From the NCBI GenBank assembly GCA_965202985.1, contig CBDBCF010000002.1:288001-352000 (forward strand): a stretch of DNA of 64,000 nucleotides, written 5' to 3'. Numbering within the stretch: position 1 is the first letter of the stretch; every line of letters starts with the position of its first letter. The notes under the pieces are model-generated. The model saw only the letters and a program-made list of their open reading frames with translations. It did no database searches and had not been told where the DNA came from. Positions 28,566 through 37,599 of this stretch are shown here, piece by piece. The DNA is from Longimicrobiales bacterium. GTDB lineage: Bacteria > Gemmatimonadota > Gemmatimonadetes > Longimicrobiales > Gaopeijiaceae. The position numbers and the translations under genes are program-made.

Positions 28566-29727
28566 CTGCCAACGGTGCCCAGCCTACCTCGTCGATACCC
28601 AGCCGGCGAGCGAACTTCTCAAAAGTCCTTCCGTGCAGACCGGTAAGTTCGTATGCCTCCAAGTACGGCAACTTGCCGCTCTTGGCGGCAGCGATGACCG
28701 CACCGGCAAAGGTGACGCCAACACGCATGTTCTGCGTGTTGTAAAAGTTGCCGCCGCCGCCCGAAGTCGTCTTGTGCTCTCTATTCTGCCAATCCGCATA
28801 GAACGCGCGAAAGGTCGGTCCGTCGATGAGGTCGGCGTCCAGCGCGCGACGGGCGGCGACGACCACGCTGACCTTGAAGCGGCCTCCCAGGAACTTGAAC
28901 GGATCGTCCGTGCGCTTCGCCCGCTCCCACTGCTGCCGCAAGGCGCGGGACGGCACAAGGAACTCCGCGGCCACGCGATTGCAGGCCCTCTCGGTGGCGT
29001 TCGCGGCCGGCTGGAGCTGGCGCAGGTCAAAGGCTGCGCTGCTCCCGAAGAAGACGTGCGCCAGCTCGTGAGCGAGCGTGAACATCTGGGCTGCCTGGGC
29101 GTCTGCGCCGTTTACGAATACGAACGGCGCATACTCGTCGGCGAGCACGAACCCGCGAAACTCCGATACGTCGAGCCTGCGATGGGTATTGTTCCCCACG
29201 ACGCCGTTGGAAACGACGAAGACGCCCGCGCGCTCCATGCGGTCTCGCAAGCAAGCCAACGCTTCTTGCCAGGTATGCCGGCCTTCGGCCCAGTTCGGGT
29301 CGAGGCCGAGGACGTCGCGCATGTTGTCGACCACCGCCTCGACAGAGTCGTGAACCGTGGCCGACCCGACGTACGGCAACCGAGCGCAGCCCTGCTCGAT
29401 CAAGTGGCGTCGCATCCACACCTGGCGTCTCTCCAGCGTGTAGATCGTGTCCAGCAGGTCGGGACTGGGGTTGCGAGGCGGGGCGTCGCGTTCGCTGCGG
29501 TAGTGCGGGATCGGGATCTTCTTCTCGGGCGGATCGGCCAGAAAGAGATATCCGAAGGGTACGAACACGGCTTTGGCGAAGTTCTCCAGCTGCTTGAAGG
29601 TGGGGCGCAGCTCGCCGCGCTCCCATTCGACGAGCTTCGGGAACCTGCGGAGCAGGTCGGTCTGGCCGATCCCGGCCCGTTCGCGCGCCCACGTCAACAG
29701 CTTCGGATTGACGTCGGCGCGGGTCAT
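28558..29727 (-). CDS. XRE-type HTH fused to ImmA/IrrE metallo-endopeptidase
   Basis: VNPKLLTWARERAG..WERGELRPTFKQL HTH; FRGF, FVNGAD, FTLAHELAH (HExxH), ERACNRVAAEFLVP. Confidence 0.92.
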   Translation of the reverse strand: MTRADVNPKLLTWARERAGIGQTDLLRRFPKLVEWERGELRPTFKQLENFAKAVFVPFGYLFLADPPEKKIPIPHYRSERDAPPRNPSPDLLDTIYTLERRQVWMRRHLIEQGCARLPYVGSATVHDSVEAVVDNMRDVLGLDPNWAEGRHTWQEALACLRDRMERAGVFVVSNGVVGNNTHRRLDVSEFRGFVLADEYAPFVFVNGADAQAAQMFTLAHELAHVFFGSSAAFDLRQLQPAANATERACNRVAAEFLVPSRALRQQWERAKRTDDPFKFLGGRFKVSVVVAARRALDADLIDGPTFRAFYADWQNREHKTTSGGGGNFYNTQNMRVGVTFAGAVIAAAKSGKLPYLEAYELTGLHGRTFEKFARRLGIDEVGWAPLAAT

Positions 29728-30776
29728 GGAGGGCAACCGCCCGTCGCCCAACTCAGCTCCCGAGGCGCTGCTTCGGCGTAGATCGGGTTGGCGATGCGAA
29801 GCGGTGTGTCGAGGGCGACCAGCCCCAATTCCCGTACGTACTTCAAGTCGCGCTCCGACAGTCCCAGCGGATCGGCGCCCGCCAGCAACGGCTCGACCAC
29901 CCGCCGCACCCGCTCTTCCCGGAGATTGTCCGCCAGCTGGTCCAGATGGGGGTCGCGGCGCAGGAACAGCGCTTCCTTGGCGTTCATCACGTCGGCCTCT
30001 TCGATCCGTCGCCCGTGGTCCGGCGCGTCGTCCCCTCTGAAGCAAGCCTCGTAGGCCAGCGCGTTGACCAGCCACGGCTGGCCGAGCGTCTGGGCCCACA
30101 CCGCCTCCAGCGCTTCGTCGGCGAACGCCTGGCCGGTCTCCGCCGTATGCTGGCCCAGCAAGGCGGCCACGTCCGCTCGCGAGAAGTCTCCCAGGCGCAA
30201 CGACTCCGCCTTGCTGAAGGCGCTTCCGCGCACGTCCCGCACCCCGCACAGCACTATGCTCTGGGGGAAGCTCTTCGGCCGACCGGGATAGTCCGCCCGA
30301 AGCTGGCGCAAGACGGACAAGAGCGTGTCGCCCACCAGCGCGTCGATCTCGTCGATCAGCAGCACGACCGGCCTTTCGTCCGCCTCGGACCAGAGCGCCA
30401 GCGCCTCCCCCAGCGCGCTGGAACCATACTCGGCGAACACACCCGACCACGTTTCGGTCAAGAAGCGATCGCCAACCTGTCGCGCTTGGCGAGCCATCTG
30501 GGTCAGGATCGCTTGGGTCGCCCCCCGCACGTCTTCCCGCATCGCCTGGGCGGCCTCGACGTTCGCGTAGACGCAGCGGTAGCGGCCCTCGCCGTGCAGC
30601 AGCTCCTGGAGCGCCAGCAGCACCGACGTCTTGCCCGTCTGACGGGGCGCGTGGAGCACGAAGTACCGCTCCTCGTCCACTAGCCGCCGCAGTTCGGCAA
30701 GGTTCACGCGGTCCAGCGGCGGTATGTGGTAGTGGCGCGCCGGCTTCACCGGTCCCGTCGTGTTGAAGAAGCGCAT
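29724..30776 (-). CDS. AAA-type P-loop ATPase, apparently C-terminally shortened
   Basis: MRFFNTTGP start; Walker A APRQTGKTS; Walker B LLIDEID; GQPWLVNAL; ends soon after IANPIYAE. Confidence 0.85.
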   Translation of the reverse strand: MRFFNTTGPVKPARHYHIPPLDRVNLAELRRLVDEERYFVLHAPRQTGKTSVLLALQELLHGEGRYRCVYANVEAAQAMREDVRGATQAILTQMARQARQVGDRFLTETWSGVFAEYGSSALGEALALWSEADERPVVLLIDEIDALVGDTLLSVLRQLRADYPGRPKSFPQSIVLCGVRDVRGSAFSKAESLRLGDFSRADVAALLGQHTAETGQAFADEALEAVWAQTLGQPWLVNALAYEACFRGDDAPDHGRRIEEADVMNAKEALFLRRDPHLDQLADNLREERVRRVVEPLLAGADPLGLSERDLKYVRELGLVALDTPLRIANPIYAEAAPRELSWATGGCPP

Positions 30777-30832
30777 GGCGTCAATTTCGCCCACGGGACA
30801 GGGCGGCGCAAAGGAAAACGCGCAGCACGCCC

Positions 30833-33790
30833 CTACGCCTCCGCGACCGTCCGCCCCGCGCGCACGCTCGGCTCCGCGCACCACTTCCGGCGCAGCACGT
30901 CCAGCGGCCTCTCCACGACCTCCCAGTCCAGTCCCAGCACGTCGCGAAGCACGCGTGCGTCCAGTTCCTTCCGGGCCGCGTCCCGGTCCGCCAGATAGGC
31001 CGGCTTCAGATCGCGGTGCTTCATCTCCGCGAACACGGCTTCGGCGTCGTCGAGCTGCTTCCGCGCCAGAGAGGTCACGTCCAGAAACGGCATCCGCCCG
31101 ATCGCGGTCACCGGCATCAGTCCCCGCCCGATCTGCTGCTTGCTCGCGTGTTGCCAGTACAGGAGCAGCCCCATCGTGGTGTTGCCCCACAGGCAGTACG
31201 CCTTCTCGTGGGCCTGGGTCGGCAGCTGCACGTTCGGCCAACCCCGTCCGCCGATCGTGCGCCCCTCGGTGTACGCGGCCCCCAGCGACTGGGAAGTGAA
31301 GCTGAGGTCGCGGTTGTGATGAGCCCAGCTTCGCGTCGCCCAGACCTTGCCCGCCTTGGCTTCGCGGCCCTCCCGCACCAGCCCGTGCATGTCCGGGGCG
31401 ACCACCATCTTCCGCTGAACGGCAGCCCGACTGCGCCAGAGCATCGGGTACGCCGGCTCGCCAGAGATCGGATGGCGGTCGAAGGGGGCGGCCTGGTTGT
31501 TGGCGATGTTGTTGTCGGCCCAGCCCACCGCCGCGAACTCGCCGACCGGACGCACCGGAACCGACGGCGCATCCTCCCGGAGCGTCGTGGGCAGCCACAG
31601 AGCGCCCCGGGCTAGCTGGTGTCCGGCTTGAACCACCATGGCGTCCAGCACCGGGCAGCAACCCCACGGCGCGGCGCTCAACGGCGCATCGACGGCCTCG
31701 CCGACCGGCTCCCCTCCAATCGCCAGCACGGTGCCCCCGACAGGTCCGTCCTCGATCCTGCGCAGCCGCTCCGGCCCGGACACGACCCGCCGAATCGCCC
31801 TCGCCACCTCCGTCGCCTCCATGGCGCTGGACGGCCGTCGGCGCAAGGTGACGAAGGCGCCCCGGCCGCTCCCGCGCCCCGTACCCGCCTGCCGCCCGAC
31901 GATCAGCGCTTCGGCCATCTTGGTGTCCGCCGACCAGGACTGGTCGATCGGCTTCGGTCCCGCCAAGCCCACGACCGTCACGTCGTCGTAGTCGGAGGCC
32001 AACAGCTTGCGGACCCCCTGCCAGCTCGTTCCTTGAATCGCCGTCAAGGGCAGCACGAACGCCACGGTGCCCCCGGGCTTGCACATCTTGTCGGCCACGG
32101 CGACGAACGCGGAGGCGATCCCCGCGGACCCGTGATAGCACGTGCCTCGGCCAAGCTCCTTCATCCGGTCGTCCATCTTCTTCTGAAGCCGCGCGCCGGT
32201 CCCCAGCCCTCGGTACTGCTTCCACTGTCCTTCGGCGCCCGCCTCCCAGTCCGACATCGCCCGAGTGAAGGGCGGGTTCATGATCACCAGGTCCTGGCTG
32301 GACGGCTCGGTGTCGATCGCGAACTCGGCCGTTCTGCCGGACTTTGCCGAGATCGCCTCGGGCGCGCTCATCGGAAAGAGGGAAGGGAGCGTGGCGCTGT
32401 CGCTCAGCAGATCGAGCGATCCGATGGCGGTGCTTCGGTCCCGCCGTTCCCCGTACTCGGCGATCAGGACCCGCGCCTTGTCGTACAGGACATTGGGGTG
32501 GACGGACGACAGCATCGCCGCCGTCAGGTGGGCCGCGGACGGCACGATGTCGCACGCCGTCAGCGCTTCCTCGATCATCGTGTCGTGCAGGGGAGCGGGA
32601 TCGCCGCCGGCCAGTTCGTGCAGCTGATTGAGACGATGGTAGGCCGCGTGGATCAGCGTTCCCGTGCCGCATGCGTAGTCGGCCGCCCGAAAGCTCGTCA
32701 TCCGCTCCGCGCTGTTCCAGTCGCCCTCGGGCAGGGCCAGGTGGGAGAGCAGGGCGGCGGACTCGGGGCGGGTGTAGAACGACGCCAAGTACTTGCGGTC
32801 CCCGATGAAGCGCTGGAAGACGATGCCGGCCAAGTCGTGGGAGCGCGCCACGCCCAAGTCCACGAGCGCGGCGGCCGTGCCCGCAGCCGTTCGAAGCGCG
32901 TCGTTGGCGTCCTTGGGCGGGTTGACGCCGGCCAGCAGTTCGCGAGCCAAGTGAAATATCGACCAATAGTTGATTAGGAGGATCTTGTCCCACTCGGCCA
33001 TGACGCCCGCTTGGTTCAGGTCGCCGGCGGCCTTGATCTGGGCCAGGCTGCGCACCCCGCGATTGCCCGCCAGCCCCTCTTGAAAGACCATGGCGTTGAC
33101 AAGGATTGTGGCGGCGATCCCCAGCATCTGGTCCAACCTGGAGTCGTCGTAATCCTGCCGGAGCACGGTAGCGATCTCGGCCTTCCAGTCCTCGCTCCGC
33201 AGCGCCGCGCCCCGAAGTCGTCCCACCAGCTCGGCCACGCCGCGCTCGAGCACTTCGGTGGCTTCTCGAAGCGCGTCGGCGGACACGCCTGCGTGGTCCA
33301 CGAGCACGGCCAAGTCCGCCAGCGTCCCCGAGATGAACCCCGAGGCGGGGAAGCGGCTGCACTTGTCGTCGGAGCGCCCCGCGAACAGGGCGTACTCCAG
33401 CGGCGTTCCCGGCCCCTCGACGCCCGTCCCCCCGGTCCCCGGCCCCTGGAGCGCGGCAGCAACCTCCCGAGGCGTGTTGCAGTGGTCGAGGCCGGCCCGA
33501 GGCGTCCGCAGCGCCACCACCGACCGAACCTCGCCGGCGTGATCGACCGCATTCGCATCCAGCTCCTCCCCCAGCCGCGACCGCGCCTCGGCCTCCACCG
33601 AGTGCGCCGGCAGCCACTCGTTCTCGATCAGCACCGGCTGTCGGCCGTAACTGGTCACAACGATGTCGGGGCACCGCTGATTGCCCACGAAGCACGGCCT
33701 TTCGGCGTACACCTGCCAGCGCGGGTTCATGCCCTGCAACAGGTCGGCAAGGCCCCCGTTTACGAGCTGCTCGGACATGCGCGGGTTCAT
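30833..33790 (-). CDS. Fused restriction endonuclease-N6-adenine methyltransferase (type IIG-like); alternative start 33778
   Basis: N-terminal PDIVV...VLIENE nuclease-like motif; FYTRP; motif I DYACGTGTL; motif IV MNPPF; long C-terminal TRD-like region. Confidence 0.82.
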   Translation of the reverse strand: MNPRMSEQLVNGGLADLLQGMNPRWQVYAERPCFVGNQRCPDIVVTSYGRQPVLIENEWLPAHSVEAEARSRLGEELDANAVDHAGEVRSVVALRTPRAGLDHCNTPREVAAALQGPGTGGTGVEGPGTPLEYALFAGRSDDKCSRFPASGFISGTLADLAVLVDHAGVSADALREATEVLERGVAELVGRLRGAALRSEDWKAEIATVLRQDYDDSRLDQMLGIAATILVNAMVFQEGLAGNRGVRSLAQIKAAGDLNQAGVMAEWDKILLINYWSIFHLARELLAGVNPPKDANDALRTAAGTAAALVDLGVARSHDLAGIVFQRFIGDRKYLASFYTRPESAALLSHLALPEGDWNSAERMTSFRAADYACGTGTLIHAAYHRLNQLHELAGGDPAPLHDTMIEEALTACDIVPSAAHLTAAMLSSVHPNVLYDKARVLIAEYGERRDRSTAIGSLDLLSDSATLPSLFPMSAPEAISAKSGRTAEFAIDTEPSSQDLVIMNPPFTRAMSDWEAGAEGQWKQYRGLGTGARLQKKMDDRMKELGRGTCYHGSAGIASAFVAVADKMCKPGGTVAFVLPLTAIQGTSWQGVRKLLASDYDDVTVVGLAGPKPIDQSWSADTKMAEALIVGRQAGTGRGSGRGAFVTLRRRPSSAMEATEVARAIRRVVSGPERLRRIEDGPVGGTVLAIGGEPVGEAVDAPLSAAPWGCCPVLDAMVVQAGHQLARGALWLPTTLREDAPSVPVRPVGEFAAVGWADNNIANNQAAPFDRHPISGEPAYPMLWRSRAAVQRKMVVAPDMHGLVREGREAKAGKVWATRSWAHHNRDLSFTSQSLGAAYTEGRTIGGRGWPNVQLPTQAHEKAYCLWGNTTMGLLLYWQHASKQQIGRGLMPVTAIGRMPFLDVTSLARKQLDDAEAVFAEMKHRDLKPAYLADRDAARKELDARVLRDVLGLDWEVVERPLDVLRRKWCAEPSVRAGRTVAEA

Positions 33791-33851
33791 AAGTCGTAAC
33801 TTACTACGAGACGCGAACCCTGCCGTCCACAACGGAGACGCCCCCAAGATC

Positions 33852-36773
33852 ATGACACGCCGCTTCCCCATGACGACACGCTGCTTTCTGCCCCGCGCCG
33901 CCGCATGCGCGCTCCTCGCCCTTCTGGCCGCGGCCTGCGACCGCGCCCCCGAGGCTCCCTCCGTCGCCATCGACTACGAGCACTACGAGCTCGACAACGG
34001 CCTGGACGTGATCCTGCACGTGGACCGCTCCGACCCCGTGGCCGCGGTCGCCATGACCTTCCACGTGGGCTCGGCCCGCGAGACCGAGGGGCGCACCGGC
34101 TTCGCCCACCTCTTCGAGCACCTCTTCTTCCTGGACTCGGAGAACCTGGGACCCGGCGGCCTGGACCGCCTGATGACCCGGATCGGCAGCGCCACCAACG
34201 GCTCCACCAGCCGCGACCGCACCAACTACTTCGAGGTCGTGCCCGTGGACGGGCTGGAGAAGGCGCTGTGGGCCGAGGCCGACAAGCTGGGCTTCTTCAT
34301 CAACACCGTGACCGAGTCGGTCGTGGCCAAGGAGAAGCAGGTCGTCAAGAACGAGAAGCGGCAGAGCGTGGACAACCGTCCCTACGGCCACACCAACTTC
34401 GTGATCGACCACGCCCTGTACCCGGAGGGGCACCCCTACCGCTGGCAGGTGATCGGCTCGCTCCAGGACTTGGACGCCGCCACGCTGGCCGACGCCAGGG
34501 AGTTCCACGCCCGCTGGTACGGTCCCGGCAACGCCACGCTGGTCGTGGCCGGCGACATCGCCAAGGGCCAGACGCGCGCCTGGATCCACAAGTACTTCGG
34601 CGAAATCCCCGCCCGCGAAACGCCCCCCGCGCCCGAGCCGCCCCCGGTCGAACTGGCCGAAACCCGCCTCCTCTTCCACGAGGACAACTTCGCGCGGCTG
34701 CCCCGCCTGACCCTGGCTTGGCCCACGGTGCCGCTCTACCATCCCGACGCCTACCCACTGGCCGCGCTGGCCGCCCTGCTGGCCGACGGCAAGTCCACCC
34801 CCCTCTACAAGGTGCTGGTCGAGGAAGAGGAGCTGGCGCCCGACGTGTCCGCGTTCAACTTCTCCCAGGAGCTGGCGGGGCGCTTCACCGTGCAGGTCGG
34901 CGCCTTCGCCGGCACGGACCTGGACGATGTGCGGGCCGCGGTCGAGTCGGCGTTCGCGCGATTCGAGCAGGAAGGCGTCCCCGAGGCCGAGCTGCAACGG
35001 GTCAAGGCCGCCACCGAGAGCGCGTTCCACCGGGGCTTGTCGAGCGTGTTAGGGAAGGCGTTCCAGCTGGCCCGCTACGCCATCTTCGCGGACGACGCGG
35101 GCTTCGCCGAGGAGGACCTTCGGCGCACGCTGGCCGTCACCGAGGCCGACGTGATGCGCGTCTACCAGGCCTACTTGGCGGACCGCCCGTACGTGGCCAC
35201 CAGCTTCGTGCCGCGCGGAGAGGCCGGGCTGGCCGTAGAGGGCTCGGAGCGGGCCTCCGTGGTCGAAGAGCCGATCGTCCAGGGCGCCGAGGCCGAATTC
35301 ACCGTCGTGCGGGGCGAGGAACGCACGCCTCAAGGCGCCTTCGACCGCTCGGTGGAGCCCCCCATCGGCTACTCTCCGGGCCTGTCCGCCCCCGAGGTCT
35401 GGAGCACCACGGTTCCGACGGCGGGCTCGCCGACCGAAGACGACGCGACCGACGCCGCCGCGCCGACCGACGCCGTTGCCCCAGCCGCGCAGTTCCGTGC
35501 CTACGGCATCGAGGACCGCGAAGTGCCCGTGGCCGAGTTCGAGCTGCGCTTCCGGGGCGGCATGATGCTCGAAGACCCGTCCCGCATCGGCGTCGCCAAC
35601 CTGCTGGCCGAGACGATGCTCGAGGGCACCGCCAACCGCACGCCCGAAGAGCTGGAGCAGGCGATGGACCTGCTGGGCGCGTCGATCAACGTCTCCGCCG
35701 GCCCCCGCGACCTGACCCTCTCCGGCAGCGTCCTGGCCCGCAACTACGCCGAGACGATCGCCCTCGTGGAGGAGATCCTCCTGGAGCCTCGCTTCGACTC
35801 GGCGCGCTTCGCCCTGGCCAAGCAGCGCGTCGAGAACGGCATCCGCCGCCAAGCCGCCAACCCCAACGCCGTGGCCGCCTGGGCCTTCAACCGCCTGGTC
35901 TACGGCGACCACGTCCTGGCCGAGAACCCCAGCGGCACCCTCGAATCGGTCGCCGCCGTCACCCTGAGCGACCTGCGCGACTACCGCGCCCGCGCCCTAG
36001 TGCCCGGCGCCGCGGCCTTCCACGTGGCGGGCGCCGTCTCCCAGGAAGAGGCGCTGGAGCCCTTGGAGCGCCTGGCCTCGCGCTGGGCGTACGCCCCGGC
36101 CCCAGAGTATCCGCCGCCCCCCGCTTGGTCGCCGGAGCGGGCCGGCCTGTATTTCATCGACGTGCCCGGCGCCGCGCAATCGGTGCTGGCCGTCGGCAGA
36201 CTGGCCCTGGCCCAGACCGACACCGCCTTCTACCCGGCCACCGTCATGAACTTCCGGCTGGGCGGGGGCGGCTTCGCGTCGGAGCTGACCCTGGAACTGC
36301 GGGAAGGGAAGGGGTACACCTACGGCATCGGCTCCGGCTTCCAGGGGTCGGACGTGCCGGGACCCTTCGTAGTCCGCTCGGCGGTGCGCTCCAACGTGAC
36401 CCTGGAGTCGCTGGCGCTGATCAAGGATATCGTGGAGCGCCACGGTCCCCAGTTCGACGAAGAGGACCTAGAGGTCACCAAGGGCTTCCTCCTCCGCGCC
36501 AACGCCGGCGCCTTCGAGACGCTCCGCGCCAAGCTGGGCATCCTCCGCGCCGTCAGCGCCTACGGCTTCGAGCCCGACTACGTCCTCCAGCGAGAGCAGA
36601 TCGTCCGCGACATGACCGTGGACCGCATCCGCGAACTCGCGTCCCGCCACCTGGACACGAACGACATGATCTGGCTGGTCGTCGGCGACGCCGCCACGCA
36701 ACGCGCCCGCCTCCGCGCCCTAGGCCTGGGCACCGCAATCGCCCTCGACCGCGACGGCCGCCGACTCCCTTGA
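33852..36773 (+). CDS. M16 (pitrilysin-like) zinc peptidase, lipoprotein (alternative start 33870)
   Basis: LAAAC lipobox; LDNGL, GFAHLFEH (HxxEH), NGSTSRDRTNYFE, LREGKGYTYG. Confidence 0.94.
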   Translation: MTRRFPMTTRCFLPRAAACALLALLAAACDRAPEAPSVAIDYEHYELDNGLDVILHVDRSDPVAAVAMTFHVGSARETEGRTGFAHLFEHLFFLDSENLGPGGLDRLMTRIGSATNGSTSRDRTNYFEVVPVDGLEKALWAEADKLGFFINTVTESVVAKEKQVVKNEKRQSVDNRPYGHTNFVIDHALYPEGHPYRWQVIGSLQDLDAATLADAREFHARWYGPGNATLVVAGDIAKGQTRAWIHKYFGEIPARETPPAPEPPPVELAETRLLFHEDNFARLPRLTLAWPTVPLYHPDAYPLAALAALLADGKSTPLYKVLVEEEELAPDVSAFNFSQELAGRFTVQVGAFAGTDLDDVRAAVESAFARFEQEGVPEAELQRVKAATESAFHRGLSSVLGKAFQLARYAIFADDAGFAEEDLRRTLAVTEADVMRVYQAYLADRPYVATSFVPRGEAGLAVEGSERASVVEEPIVQGAEAEFTVVRGEERTPQGAFDRSVEPPIGYSPGLSAPEVWSTTVPTAGSPTEDDATDAAAPTDAVAPAAQFRAYGIEDREVPVAEFELRFRGGMMLEDPSRIGVANLLAETMLEGTANRTPEELEQAMDLLGASINVSAGPRDLTLSGSVLARNYAETIALVEEILLEPRFDSARFALAKQRVENGIRRQAANPNAVAAWAFNRLVYGDHVLAENPSGTLESVAAVTLSDLRDYRARALVPGAAAFHVAGAVSQEEALEPLERLASRWAYAPAPEYPPPPAWSPERAGLYFIDVPGAAQSVLAVGRLALAQTDTAFYPATVMNFRLGGGGFASELTLELREGKGYTYGIGSGFQGSDVPGPFVVRSAVRSNVTLESLALIKDIVERHGPQFDEEDLEVTKGFLLRANAGAFETLRAKLGILRAVSAYGFEPDYVLQREQIVRDMTVDRIRELASRHLDTNDMIWLVVGDAATQRARLRALGLGTAIALDRDGRRLP

Positions 36774-36874
36774 GTTCCCGACTCGCGTGAGCCGAGTTCT
36801 CCGGCGGCCCGAGAAGCCTTGCCCTCCCGGATCGGCGTCCGCTGGCGACTTGCGTCGCGTGTGTCGAACGCTTA

Positions 36875-36888
36875 TCAATTAGAATTGA
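36875..36888. promoter_or_regulatory. Candidate operator TCAATT-AG-AATTGA
   Basis: Perfect 6-2-6 AT-rich palindrome in a GC-rich intergenic region, 45 bp upstream of the ORF at 36934. Confidence 0.35.
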
Positions 36889-36933
36889 GCAGGCTTGGGG
36901 GCGGGCGGCCCCCGCAACTCGGGACGAAACTCC

Positions 36934-37437
36934 ATGTTCAAGCATGTGTTTGGACGCCTCGACCGCGCGCACGGCCTCGCACGCACGCCCAGGCGCCTCG
37001 CCGGCGTGCTGGCGGCGACCTCCGTTGCCGCGATTTCGGCCTGCTCCGAAGTCGCTCGTCCGACCTCGGAAGAGGAGCAGTTCCAGCTTCCCGACCCGGG
37101 CACGTCCGTCGCTCTCGACCGCGAGGGCAGCGTTCTGGCAACCCGAGAACTCTGGCACGCCCCGGCGACCGAGCGCGGAAACTGGATGGCGACGTGGACT
37201 CTTTGGAGGTTCGTGTCTTCAAGCAGCGAACGGACGCCTCCGACCGGCCACATCTCGACGTACGCCGGTCCTGACCCCGAGCACAGTGCCAACGCGAGCG
37301 ACTCGAAGGCGGTGTTGGACGACTTCGGAGACCGCGTCGCCGAGCTGCATGCCGATCCGGTTTGCGAGGTGGTCGTGGTGGAGCACTTCAAGGAGTCGGG
37401 TGACCTGCACGCGCACTGCGGGGAGTTGCCGGGCTAG
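36934..37437 (+). CDS. Hypothetical lipoprotein
   Basis: Signal-like LAGVLAATSVAAISAC; fills the gap between two plus-strand genes; no recognised family. Confidence 0.5.
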   Translation: MFKHVFGRLDRAHGLARTPRRLAGVLAATSVAAISACSEVARPTSEEEQFQLPDPGTSVALDREGSVLATRELWHAPATERGNWMATWTLWRFVSSSSERTPPTGHISTYAGPDPEHSANASDSKAVLDDFGDRVAELHADPVCEVVVVEHFKESGDLHAHCGELPG

Positions 37438-37599
37438 TTTCGGGCTCGCCTTGCCAGGATCAGATCGACGAGCTTGAAGACGACACAAAGGGCGGCCAGC
37501 GTGACTGCCGCTACCGTAATCGCCTGCCAAAGGCTCCAACGCGCCGACCGGGGCTCAACCCCCTTGTTCGGCCCCTTGTCCGGGCGTTATCGTGCTAGC

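Noticed and set aside
29724..33695. 1323 aa ORF as a giant ATPase fusion
   Set aside because: The upstream part is an alternate frame of the RM gene; the ATPase begins at MRFFNTTGP (30776)
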